DNA of 62,844 nucleotides, counting the filler, from Candidatus Ancaeobacter aquaticus (lineage in GTDB: Bacteria; Auribacterota; Ancaeobacteria; Ancaeobacterales; Ancaeobacteraceae), in the NCBI GenBank assembly GCA_030765405.1. It is 5 parts of 5 records of this genome, joined end to end, with 100 filler letters (N's around TTAATTAATTAA, not from the genome) between each part and the next. Parts side by side here need not be neighbours in the genome. Positions count along the whole stretch, not along the records: positions 1 to 8,901 come from JAVCCP010000034.1; 4 more parts are not named here. One strand, given 5' to 3'. The notes under the pieces were generated by a model. The model was not told the origin of the DNA. It saw only the letters and a list, made by a program, of their open reading frames with translations, and searched no databases. Every line of letters starts with the position of its first letter. The stretch's first letter is position 1. Shown here in pieces: positions 1-8,785 of this stretch. The translations under genes were made by a program, and so were the position numbers.

Positions 1-443
1 CCGCGGATTCGGGACATATCACACTATCAAACTTCCAAGCAGAATCTATCAAGACCCCGTCACAAACAAGATAATCTCCATACCATCCACAAACCGCGCC
101 ATCTTCCGCCAATCCAAAAACCTTTTCCCGCCGGTAAAGAAAAAGGGTTAGCCCCAAACAAAAATATTGCGTATATCAACCATATTCAGCCCTTCCTGCA
201 AAAAACTTAAATCAACCCATACCCCCCCATTATTCAAAAAAAATTTCTCACCTTATAACGCAAATATGAAAGCTGTTTTTTACGAAATCCCATATAAAAA
301 TATCTTGGAATAAATAAAAGCAGAAGAATACAAATCAGAAGGCGTGGTATACTATATTACGTCTGCATTAACGCCAAAGGCCGTTGGATGAGGGTTGATA
401 AGGCAAGTCAATTCGACTAGATAAAATGAAAAGGGCAAAAAGC

Positions 444-478
444 AAGGTTAGCCCCGGTCAAAGAGACCGCGGAGATTA
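444..478. repeat. 35-bp repeat, copy A (copy B at 6786-6820; shorter core at 143-155)
   Basis: AAGGTTAGCCCCGGTCAAAGAGACCGCGGAGATTA vs AAGGTTAGCCCCGGCCAAAGGGATCGCGGCGATTA, 31/35 identical. Confidence 0.8.
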
Positions 479-481
479 AAC

Positions 482-663
482 GTTTTCACCCCCAGACTTC
501 ATACATGAATTTTAAAAAACCCAGTAAAATAAGGGGTTTGCGGGTTTGGTGGGGCACTACATTTGCCTTTTGAAACCTTATCTACGGAAATGCTTGTTAT
601 TTGGGACTTACAGGCATCTGGGTTTTGGAAAAACGAAGCAAACATATGAAGTCGGGAGAAAAC
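482..663. mobile_element. Candidate MITE-like non-coding element
   Basis: Imperfect terminal inverted repeats (CCAGACTTCATA 492-503 vs reverse complement of TATGAAGTCGGG 645-656, extendable by GTTTTC) plus a nested AAAACCCAG/CTGGGTTTT inverted pair; no ORF. Confidence 0.4.
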
Positions 664-669
664 CACCAC

Positions 670-954
670 TTAAACAAGTTTTATTTTTAATCTTCTATGT
701 AATACCCGAGATAGCTTAATCAACGTACTTAATGAATAACTTTTATTATGAATGTCCTCTAAACGTGATACTGTTTGCTGCGTTGTGTGTAATTTTCTGG
801 CTAAGTCTCTTTGTGTTAAATTTTCCTTCTGCCTTATTTTAGCTACTTGGATGGCTAATGATGCATACACTTCTTCTTCATCATATTCCTGGCTAAACTC
901 AGTATCCTTTAATTGTTCTTTCAAGTAATCTTTAAGTTTTACTGTGCTTTTCAT
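670..954 (-). CDS. XRE-family HTH antitoxin (HigA-like)
   Basis: IRQKENLTQRDLARKLHTTQQTVSRLE HTH motif; directly downstream of a RelE-like toxin. Confidence 0.85.
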   Translation of the reverse strand: MKSTVKLKDYLKEQLKDTEFSQEYDEEEVYASLAIQVAKIRQKENLTQRDLARKLHTTQQTVSRLEDIHNKSYSLSTLIKLSRVLHRRLKIKLV

Positions 955-969
955 AATTAAATCACCCCC

Positions 970-1308
970 CTAATTTTTTTGTAAAAAATCATTCATATAT
1001 CGTTTTGCCCGTTCGATTTCTCCTAATGGAACTGCCTGTGTTTTTTTAATAAATCCATGTGTAACAATAATTCTTTTACCAAAGAAAAAATATAAAAATC
1101 TATATTCATTTGATCCAAAACCAACTCTTAACTCTCTAATCTTGTCTTGCACAATATCTGCATATGGTCGCGGTAAATTTGGCCCTTCTCTTTCAAGATG
1201 CGTTATCCACTTCACAACTTTTGCTCTAATCTTCGTATGAATTTTATTTAAAAAGTCAATTGTTGGACAATCTCCTTTTTTATCTTTGTAAAACTCTACT
1301 GAGTACAT
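970..1308 (-). CDS. RelE/HigB-family toxin (Gp49/DUF891-like)
   Basis: GPNLPRPY, IRELRV, RFLYFF and HGFIKKTQ motifs; toxin-first gene order. Confidence 0.85.
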   Translation of the reverse strand: MYSVEFYKDKKGDCPTIDFLNKIHTKIRAKVVKWITHLEREGPNLPRPYADIVQDKIRELRVGFGSNEYRFLYFFFGKRIIVTHGFIKKTQAVPLGEIERAKRYMNDFLQKN

Positions 1309-1323
1309 TTATACTCTCCATTG

Positions 1324-1366
1324 TTACTATTAATATACACTATTTTTAGTGTATTGTCAATAGTAA
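1324..1366. promoter_or_regulatory. Nested palindromic operator upstream of the higBA-like operon
   Basis: TTACTATT/AATAGTAA and ATACACTA/TAGTGTAT inverted pairs just upstream of the toxin start. Confidence 0.55.
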
Positions 1367-1541
1367 TTTTTCTCCCAGTTCATTCTCCTCGCCCCTAAAT
1401 TGGATATATTTCTGTACTTATATATCCAATTCCTTAATTATTTACCTGTTTTACACAGTTTTTCTTAAGGTAATATATCCAATTTAGGAGCGCCAAGGGT
1501 ATATGCGCATTTCTCACCCATTCAGCAAAATATAGAAAGGA

Positions 1542-1955
1542 TTATTCTTTTCCTGGTTTCCTTTGCGCAAAAGCCCAAAATTCCCGTGGAGTAAGAATGG
1601 AAATTGCTTGGAATTGCTTCAGAACGAGCAAATCATCATCTCCGGTAACAATCACTTCTACCTTACCGGCCAATGCTGTCCCTAAAACTTTGATATCACT
1701 CAAATCTCTGCAGGCATTTTTAGGCACTCTTGCAGGGTTTACTATTTCTGCTTCATCATATAAAAATTGCTCTACATCCTTTGCTCTTGATTGAGGCACC
1801 TTGATTTTGCGGCAGAGATTCTTGTGAATCTCCCCTATCAAATACTCGCTGAGCACTATTATATGCTCATAAAGACAGTATTCAAAAACATCTGCACACA
1901 GTCCCCGTCCCGCAAAGGCCGAAATCACAACATTTGAGTCCAATACCACTTTCAT
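1542..1955 (-). CDS. PIN-domain toxin (VapC-like, PIN_3 type)
   Basis: MKVVLDSNVVISA start, CRDLSDIKVL and IVTGDDDLL acidic PIN motifs. Confidence 0.9.
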   Translation of the reverse strand: MKVVLDSNVVISAFAGRGLCADVFEYCLYEHIIVLSEYLIGEIHKNLCRKIKVPQSRAKDVEQFLYDEAEIVNPARVPKNACRDLSDIKVLGTALAGKVEVIVTGDDDLLVLKQFQAISILTPREFWAFAQRKPGKE

Positions 1956-2170
1956 GAAATGACCTTGAATATATCTTCATCCGTAAGAAGCCCTTGCGAT
2001 TCAGCAAAAGGAAGAATCTGAGAGCGAATACGCCGAAAATTACGAACAGCTAGAAACTGTCGTAAAGATCTCCTAACCAAATCACTAACCGGCATTTTTT
2101 CCTTGCGGCTAATTATCAATAACTGTTTCTGCAGGTCATCCGGTATTCTCACTGTAAGACTTTTATCCAT
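1952..2170 (-). CDS. Ribbon-helix-helix (CopG-like) antitoxin
   Basis: LTVRIPDDLQKQL...VSDLVRRSL RHH pattern; GAGGTG RBS before ATG 2170; 4-nt overlap with the PIN gene. Confidence 0.8.
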   Translation of the reverse strand: MDKSLTVRIPDDLQKQLLIISRKEKMPVSDLVRRSLRQFLAVRNFRRIRSQILPFAESQGLLTDEDIFKVIS

Positions 2171-2404
2171 ATCTATCACCTCTGTAAGACAATGTACTAC
2201 ATATTGCATAATTTGTCAAGTGTATATTTTTGTTTTTTTGTTTTGTTTTTCTACCTAACTTTTAAGCAATCTTAAATAATCCTTTTGGGTTTCCCTTAAC
2301 GAATTTGCAATGAACTCAATAAAATCTTTGTCATCTTAAAAATCCACATTTGTGTCTTGACACATTTTACAAAATAATGTATATTTCTATTATGGGGGTA
2401 TGCT

Positions 2405-2665
2405 ATGAGTAAGTTAGAACCAAAGAGGGAAAGACTGAGTATCGATGTTTATCCTTTTGAGCATCGACAAATAAAAGCATTTGCTGCTTTTTATGGCAAA
2501 ACTATAAGAGAATACGTTCTTGAAAGTGTTAGAACGCGTTTACAAAAAGAAGCAGAAAAAGCAGAAAACAAGGATTTATTAGCCTTGACTATACATCTGG
2601 ACAAAGATCCTGTGCTAAAAGAACTATGGGATAACGAGAAGGATACTGCATATGACGAATTATAA
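2405..2665 (+). CDS. Antitoxin with RHH-like N-terminus
   Basis: RLSIDV...IKAFAAFYGKTIREYVLESV plus acidic LWDNEKDTAYDEL tail; overlaps the PemK-like toxin start. Confidence 0.7.
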   Translation: MSKLEPKRERLSIDVYPFEHRQIKAFAAFYGKTIREYVLESVRTRLQKEAEKAENKDLLALTIHLDKDPVLKELWDNEKDTAYDEL

Positions 2666-2990
2666 ACAGAGGGATATAATTCTTGTTGATTTTGGGTTTT
2701 CCGATAAAACAGGTTCTAAGAAAAGACCTGCCTTGGTAATAAGCATTGCCAATTATCATAAATCTCGGCATGAAGTAATTATAGCAGCTATCACAAGCAA
2801 TACAAAGAGATCTTTATTTGGTGATACACTTATAGAAAATTGGAAAGAAGCAGGGTTGAAATTTCCATCTCAGGTGACAGGAATTATTCGAACAGTACAT
2901 AGCAGCCTAATAATTCGCCAATTGGGCACACTTCCTAAAAAAGATTTTATAGATGCAAAAAAGAATCTTGGCAAAACAATGGAATTCTAA
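2652..2990 (+). CDS. PemK/MazF-family endoribonuclease toxin
   Basis: DIILVDFGFSD..GSKKRPALVIS, AAITS and GLKFPS motifs. Confidence 0.9.
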   Translation: MTNYKQRDIILVDFGFSDKTGSKKRPALVISIANYHKSRHEVIIAAITSNTKRSLFGDTLIENWKEAGLKFPSQVTGIIRTVHSSLIIRQLGTLPKKDFIDAKKNLGKTMEF

Positions 2991-3177
2991 CTAGATATAT
3001 TGAATTCGGGGGACGGATTGAGCTAACCCGGTTTTAACGGACGGGTTAATTATCACTTAATCTGGCCATATTTAACCTTCACTAATAGTATATCATTATA
3101 TAATGATTATCAACAATCTTCCTACAGGATTAATTATCTTATGCCGCCAAAACGTAACATGTCCTACTAATTTTTTA

Positions 3178-4386
3178 CTACACTAACTGACTCAAAAATG
3201 TACTGGCAGGAACTATGATAGGATCATCCTGATTAAAGCAATCCTTTGAAACATAATCCATATCAAAAACCACTTGAAATGCGTGTTTGGTCTTAATTTT
3301 GTTATGAAAATGAACCAAATTCTTACTTATGCCTCCCTTTGATGATAATTTCACTTCAACCAAAAACCATGGTTTTTTATCTCTAGAAACCAGAAAATCA
3401 ACTTCACGCTTTTCTTTATCCCTGACAAACCATAAACCATACTGTCCCAAACCGCAATCTGTCCAGAAATGCACCGCTTTTAATAAATGAGCTGCCACCA
3501 GGTTTTCAAGACGGCTGCGTTCCTCGTCTACATTACTCCAATCCCATAAATATGTTTTTGGCTCTCTAATAAGTGACCGTGGGATATTCTTAGTCCATGG
3601 CTGAATAGTAAAACAATAGAAAAATGCCTGCAATGTCTTTATCCAGCGGCGTACAGTATCAGAGGATACATCAATTTTGTTGGCAAGGGTTGAGTAATTG
3701 GTCAACTGCCCTGCCTGATATTTAAGTATTTCAGCTAAAAGCTCAATTTGACCTAGCTCTTGAATTCGACTTAAATCCCGAATATCTTCACGAATTAATT
3801 GCTCTTGACGCAATCTTTTCCACCGGTTTAAGAATCTTGTATCATTCTTCATAAAAGGTTCAGGAAAACCGCCATTTTTAAGCAATTTTTCAAAATCATG
3901 ACTTTTGGTTTTAACTGGCTCATTAATTTCTTTCTCCGATGGAATAGTGCGGCCTAGTTCTGCTACAGACAATTGGTGGAGACGATAGATAAAATATCTA
4001 CCCATTAAGCTATCACCGTCTCTTTTGTATGTATCTAACCGGGAACTGCCTGTAACTATAATTTTTGCTTTACCCTTATACATATCAAAGAAGCCTTTTA
4101 AAAAAGTCTTCCACTTTCCATATTTATGAATTTCGTCGAACACGATAATGGGTATTTCAGCGGCCAATGTATCTAGCCCCGCATAACTGGCAACATTATT
4201 AACCCCATCTAATATAATTTTTCTATGATCCAAATTATCCCAGTTCAAATACAAAAAATGGCTCGATAGGTCTTTAGCCATGAGACTCACTGTCGTTTTT
4301 CCTGCCTGCCTGGGACCGACAAGAAAAATCATTTGCTGATACCGGTCAAAATGTTCTTTTATAACAGATGTATATATTCTTTTCAT
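3178..4386 (-). CDS. AAA_14 ATPase with DUF4143 domain
   Basis: Walker A GPRQAGKT, Walker B FDEIHK, TGSSR, GGFPE and C-terminal EVDF...EVK nuclease-like motif. Confidence 0.9.
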   Translation of the reverse strand: MKRIYTSVIKEHFDRYQQMIFLVGPRQAGKTTVSLMAKDLSSHFLYLNWDNLDHRKIILDGVNNVASYAGLDTLAAEIPIIVFDEIHKYGKWKTFLKGFFDMYKGKAKIIVTGSSRLDTYKRDGDSLMGRYFIYRLHQLSVAELGRTIPSEKEINEPVKTKSHDFEKLLKNGGFPEPFMKNDTRFLNRWKRLRQEQLIREDIRDLSRIQELGQIELLAEILKYQAGQLTNYSTLANKIDVSSDTVRRWIKTLQAFFYCFTIQPWTKNIPRSLIREPKTYLWDWSNVDEERSRLENLVAAHLLKAVHFWTDCGLGQYGLWFVRDKEKREVDFLVSRDKKPWFLVEVKLSSKGGISKNLVHFHNKIKTKHAFQVVFDMDYVSKDCFNQDDPIIVPASTFLSQLV

Positions 4387-4431
4387 CTTATCCCCTTGAA
4401 TTTCACTATAAAAACATTCACCTTTTATTGT

Positions 4432-4494
4432 GACTATTTTACTATATATCTAAAATTAGTCAAGACTATTTTTACATACATCTAAAATTGGTCA
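4432..4494. repeat. Tandem pair of 31-bp imperfect palindromic repeats upstream of the AAA_14 gene
   Basis: GACTATTTTACTATATATCTAAAATTAGTCA (4432-4462) and GACTATTTTTACATACATCTAAAATTGGTCA (4464-4494). Confidence 0.6.
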
Positions 4495-4955
4495 TACCTT
4501 TAATCCAATCAATTTTAAGACATTTTCTTTTGTGAATATCTCTATATCCGACGGGTTTTCAAGGAAATTCTCAACATCTCCCTTAACCTTTTTCCAATCC
4601 GCATCTTGAACAATGTTATATAAAAACGATCTCCAATTATCTTGTGATAAAACCTCTCCTTGCCACTGCGTTTGAGACAATGCGTTATTCAAGAGCGCTA
4701 AGTTTGAGACTATGTCTTTCCATTTAGAAAAATACCAGCCAATATCAAAGTAATCCCTGCCTTTAGTGTACTTTCTGTTCAGCAGTGCATGCAATTTACC
4801 TGCAAATAATGATGGTAAATCATAAGTCAGAAACGCAATGGGAAAATATTTATTAACAATAGATGTTTCCAGCACGCTACCTTGTGGAGGCTTTGTATCA
4901 ATTTTGATGTATAGCCTTCTCGAGAAGCCGCTAATTCTAAAACATACTCTTTCAT
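4492..4955 (-). pseudogene. AbiEii-type nucleotidyltransferase toxin, internally deleted and frameshifted
   Basis: N-terminal MKEYVLELAASREGYTSKL (ATG 4955) is joined out of frame near 4900 to IDTKPPQG...LFAGKLHALL.RKYTKGRDYFD; the central catalytic segment is missing. Confidence 0.7.
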
Positions 4956-5095
4956 AATGTTTTCTCATCCTTTTTGTATCGTACAATGTATTTTTCTATC
5001 ATTCGGACAGCATCAAACAGTGATTTTTTATCATACCTCTTTGCATATTGAACTAAAATATCAAGGTCGATCTTTTCAACGTTTTGCAGTCGAGT
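4952..5095 (-). pseudogene. C-terminal remnant of an AbiEi-type antitoxin
   Basis: RLQNVEKIDLDILVQYAKRYDKKSLFDAVRMIEKYIVRYKKDEKTL* with an ATGA overlap into abiEii; cut off at the direct repeat starting 5095. Confidence 0.55.
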
Positions 5096-5245
5096 ATTTC
5101 AGGGACACCATACTAAATTCAGAACTCCATACATGGGATCCACAGCAATCTTACCTAAATAGCTACGAATAAATAGTTTCCCCGGATAGTTTGTGATAAA
5201 AGGCTTCAGATAAAAGATTTTTTTTTAAGAGACTTGATTCTTCAA
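5095..5245. repeat. ~150-bp direct repeat, copy 1
   Basis: TATTTCAGGGACACCATACTAAATTCAG...GAGACTTGATT, nearly identical to 6507-6656 with only a few substitutions. Confidence 0.9.
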
Positions 5246-5385
5246 CAAAAGCACCCATACTTTTCAAAACTATCACCGACAACTTATAATGAAACTCGAA
5301 ATACACGAACGATAGTGCAGTAGATTTCGTAAGTTGAATTATGCCCGAAGAGAATGATGGTATTTTTTTTGGGATGTGTCCCTAT

Positions 5386-6429
5386 TTATAACAAAGAAAC
5401 AATTCGTAACCATTTCGCTGACTGTCCTTTTCCAAGGCATTTGATCTTTTTCTTTATTTTGAGATTGAGCAATATTTTTTTTATCATAACCCTGCTTATA
5501 CCCGGACAGACACGCTCAATATCTGATATACTGAATTCAGCCAATTGGTCATTAACTGCTGCTTCGATAATTCCCGTCTTTGCTCCCCTCCGCGGACTAA
5601 CAGCTACAGCACGTCTTTCAAGCTCTTTATATGCCCCAAGCACTGTTCCCAGAAAATAATTTGTCCATGGCAGTGTATCGTGCTTACCCTGCTGCCAACC
5701 CCACGAACTTCTGTTCAACGATTCATAATATGTTTCTTTGCTCTGTTCGACAACGCGTTCGAGACTTATGTACTTGCCTGCCGCGTATTCGTGCTGATAT
5801 AATGCCAAAAGCGTCAACAGCCGTGACACCCTACCGTTGCCGTCACGGAACGGATGTATACATAGAAAATCAAGAATGAGGCATGCAACCGCGTAAAGAG
5901 GCGGATATTTCAACTGCGTTACGCTGTGTTCGTAGGAAAGGCATAATTGCTCAATATATTTTGGTGTTTCTTTCGCGCTTAGGGGCTTATACACGACCTC
6001 GACTCTGCCGTCAGAAAATTTACGGATGATGTCATTATCCTTTTCGTTCCAAACCCCGGCATCATGCGATTCTCCTCGGCACAATCGGTGCAATTCTTTA
6101 ATTGTTTCAGAAGTTATCCTAAGACTTCCGTGTTTGGCGTGGATCAAATCAAGCGCTTTGCGATATCCCGAAACCTCCTCTTCAGAACGATCACGTGGTC
6201 TGCTGTGACCTATTACAAGCGGTTTGAGTCGCACACTATCTACTGTAACCCCTTCGATCCGGTTTGACGATTCGACGCTTTCAATAAGCGCCATTTCAAC
6301 GAGCGTTTTCAAGGCCTGTGGCGATTGTTGTGAATACAAATCCTGTTTACCTTTATATTCTGAAACAGAGTTCATCAACCATACCGTGCCAAGAGGCAGA
6401 TCAAAAATGTTGTTCTTGAATGAGTTCAT
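5386..6429 (-). CDS. Fic-domain protein with C-terminal HTH-like region
   Basis: Canonical HPFRDGNGRVSR motif; AAGGTGG RBS favours ATG 6429 over the longer track start at 6456. Confidence 0.9.
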   Translation of the reverse strand: MNSFKNNIFDLPLGTVWLMNSVSEYKGKQDLYSQQSPQALKTLVEMALIESVESSNRIEGVTVDSVRLKPLVIGHSRPRDRSEEEVSGYRKALDLIHAKHGSLRITSETIKELHRLCRGESHDAGVWNEKDNDIIRKFSDGRVEVVYKPLSAKETPKYIEQLCLSYEHSVTQLKYPPLYAVACLILDFLCIHPFRDGNGRVSRLLTLLALYQHEYAAGKYISLERVVEQSKETYYESLNRSSWGWQQGKHDTLPWTNYFLGTVLGAYKELERRAVAVSPRRGAKTGIIEAAVNDQLAEFSISDIERVCPGISRVMIKKILLNLKIKKKIKCLGKGQSAKWLRIVSLL

Positions 6430-6506
6430 TATAACCACCTTTTTATAATATACCATTCAATATACCATTAATCGCGCTAGTATACCATTTAAAAAACTGG
6501 GATCCA

Positions 6507-6656
6507 TATTTCAGGGACACCATACTAAATTCAGAACTCCATACATGGGATCTACAGCAATCTTACCTAAATAGCTGCGAATTAATAGTTTCCCCGGATA
6601 GTTTGTGATAAAATGCTTCAGATAAAAGATTTTTTTTAAGAGATTTGATTTTTCAA
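6507..6656. repeat. ~150-bp direct repeat, copy 2
   Basis: Same sequence and orientation as 5095-5245; the two copies bracket the Fic gene. Confidence 0.9.
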
Positions 6657-6785
6657 AAGTGATTTCTTGGCGCACGGGACGGATCACTTAATTATTGCAA
6701 TCTGCCAAAAAAGACAATTAAGTGGATGAGTTGGGTTAAAGCAGGAAAATCTATTCGATTAGATAAAAATAAAAAAGCAAAAAGA

Positions 6786-6820
6786 AAGGTTAGCCCCGGC
6801 CAAAGGGATCGCGGCGATTA
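6786..6820. repeat. 35-bp repeat, copy B
   Basis: 31/35 identical to 444-478; ends exactly on the stop codon of the RelE-like gene. Confidence 0.8.
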
Positions 6821-7123
6821 AAAAATATTCGATAGGAATTGTTTTATTTGATCATGGCTGCCCGCCAACACTGCAATACATTTTTCTTTTTCTCTTCTTA
6901 TAACAACACGAATATTGCTTTCTATACCTGCTTCATAATATGGTCTCCTTAATTGCTTATAAAAAAACCGGGGGGCTATCTTTCTTGCCTCCAATAAATT
7001 GCAGTCAATAGAATAATAAACATTTAGGGTTTCTAATATTAATCCTACTATTTTCTTTTGCTCATAACCAAGATGCTTAATGCTTCTTTGAAAAGAGGGA
7101 CGGAAATAAAGACATAATGCCAT
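6818..7123 (-). CDS. Divergent RelE-like toxin
   Basis: FRPSFQRSIKHL start and RVVI...LAGSHDQI end resemble the RelE/YafQ fold; paired with an AbrB antitoxin. Confidence 0.55.
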   Translation of the reverse strand: MALCLYFRPSFQRSIKHLGYEQKKIVGLILETLNVYYSIDCNLLEARKIAPRFFYKQLRRPYYEAGIESNIRVVIRREKEKCIAVLAGSHDQIKQFLSNIF

Positions 7124-7126
7124 TAA

Positions 7127-7384
7127 TTAAGCCTTTCCACTTTTTAGGTTTTCTATAAACCTTTTAGTTACTCGTTTCTCCTTCCCCTTTTCCCGCGCAG
7201 AAAGGATATCCAATTTCTTATATACCTCTTTCGTAAACGCTTTCCTTTTTATCTCAAGAGGAATAAGCTCAATTTTGTTTTTATAAATCGTTATTTCAAA
7301 CATGGAACCTTTCCTTAAATCAAGTGCATCTGCAATCTTTTTGGGTATTGTTATTTGATGTTTAGCGGTCATTGAAATTGTCAT
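7127..7384 (-). CDS. AbrB/MazE/SpoVT-family antitoxin
   Basis: MTAKHQITIPKKIADALDLRKGS motif; AGGAGG RBS before ATG 7384. Confidence 0.85.
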   Translation of the reverse strand: MTISMTAKHQITIPKKIADALDLRKGSMFEITIYKNKIELIPLEIKRKAFTKEVYKKLDILSAREKGKEKRVTKRFIENLKSGKA

Positions 7385-7515
7385 ACTTATCACCTCCTAT
7401 TGTAAATATACTATAAAGTAAGAATATCGTCAAGTAAGGAATTAAGAATTAGGGTTTAGGGTAAGGATACAGCGCGGGGTCTTGTAAATGGAATTCGGGG
7501 GAGGGAGACTAATCC

Positions 7516-8739
7516 TCATAAAAGATCAAAAATAATGTCGTCAACCTGCTGCCATGGTATAGCATCAACATATTTATTTATTCTCATCTTACGCGGAGTG
7601 CGGCAGATAATATAGCCCTTGCCGAAATTTTTGTATTCTTGCAGAAATACCATGAGGTGCTTAGCATCTTTCGCTTGTGGAGCATCACTCCACTTCACTT
7701 CTATTGGAATATACTTTCCGTCTTTTTTAACAACCCAGTCAACTTCCGGACCGTCAGGATCTCGCCAGAAAAAAACATCGCTGTTTCTTTCAGACATGCG
7801 GGCGCACCTCACCAGTTCCAATCCAACTAACTGTTCAAAAAGATGTCCTAGCGTCTCTTTGGGAAGCTCCGTTCCTTCTCGCGCTACCGCTCGCCTGACA
7901 CCCAAATCAAAAAACATATATTTCTGCGATTTTGTCAGTTTCTTTCTCGTTGCGCTTTTTGTCAACGGCTCGATCCTCTCTGCAATAAGGCAGTCCTCCA
8001 TGATCTGATAATATGATGCAATTGTCGTGTGAGAAACGCCTATCTCCTGCGAAAGTTTTCGCAGGTTCACCACTTTACCCGATTCAGACGCGGCATATTC
8101 AAGAAATCGCGCAAACGGACCAATATTTCTCACAACCGCTTCGGCGCGCACTTCCTCTTCAAGGTAAGTGGTTACATACGACTTTAAATCAACATCCTGA
8201 TCACTCTTATTATCAACGGAAATGATACCCGGTAAAGAACCATACAAAATAGCGGCTTCAAGAGAATCTGGATTTGATTCCTTTATAACAAGTGGGTCGA
8301 GCTTCAACACCACAATTCTGCCGGGAAGAAGATTTACGTTATGGCCCTTGCGGAGTTTTCTCGCTGATGACCCGGTGAGAACAAAATTGGCTCTTTTTCT
8401 ATCGATAAGGTCCTGCACCACATCTAATACGGCTGGTACCTTCTGAACCTCATCAAGGAGTACCAGAGGCAAACCAGTCCGGTTTTCTCTGTCCAGGGCC
8501 TCAACCTCACTTTTCAAAACAGCAGGATCTTTTTCATACCGCTGCCGCACTTCTGGACTAATAAACGTCACAAATAGATCGCTCTTCAATCGGTTAATAA
8601 GAGTCGTTTTACCTGTCTGCCTTGCCCCTAAAAGAAGTACGCTCTTGTTCCTGGCCAGGGCCTTTACGATATTTTTTTCAACAAAACGTGATATATATTT
8701 CATGGTATCCATTATCGCCGAAATTGGAGTGCTTGTCAA
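7516..8739 (-). CDS. AAA_14 ATPase with DUF4143 domain (second copy)
   Basis: GARQTGKT, LLDEVQK, TGSSARKL, EVDW...IEVK; true start may be ATG 8703. Confidence 0.9.
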   Translation of the reverse strand: MTSTPISAIMDTMKYISRFVEKNIVKALARNKSVLLLGARQTGKTTLINRLKSDLFVTFISPEVRQRYEKDPAVLKSEVEALDRENRTGLPLVLLDEVQKVPAVLDVVQDLIDRKRANFVLTGSSARKLRKGHNVNLLPGRIVVLKLDPLVIKESNPDSLEAAILYGSLPGIISVDNKSDQDVDLKSYVTTYLEEEVRAEAVVRNIGPFARFLEYAASESGKVVNLRKLSQEIGVSHTTIASYYQIMEDCLIAERIEPLTKSATRKKLTKSQKYMFFDLGVRRAVAREGTELPKETLGHLFEQLVGLELVRCARMSERNSDVFFWRDPDGPEVDWVVKKDGKYIPIEVKWSDAPQAKDAKHLMVFLQEYKNFGKGYIICRTPRKMRINKYVDAIPWQQVDDIIFDLL

Positions 8740-8785
8740 CCAAAAAAAACATTAATAAATAGAAGGACATATTAAACATATTTCA

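Noticed and set aside
670..8739. TA island as an integron cassette array
   Set aside because: No convincing RYYYAAC...GTTRRRY attC sites (the hairpin near 3022-3050 fails the consensus) and no intI in the window.
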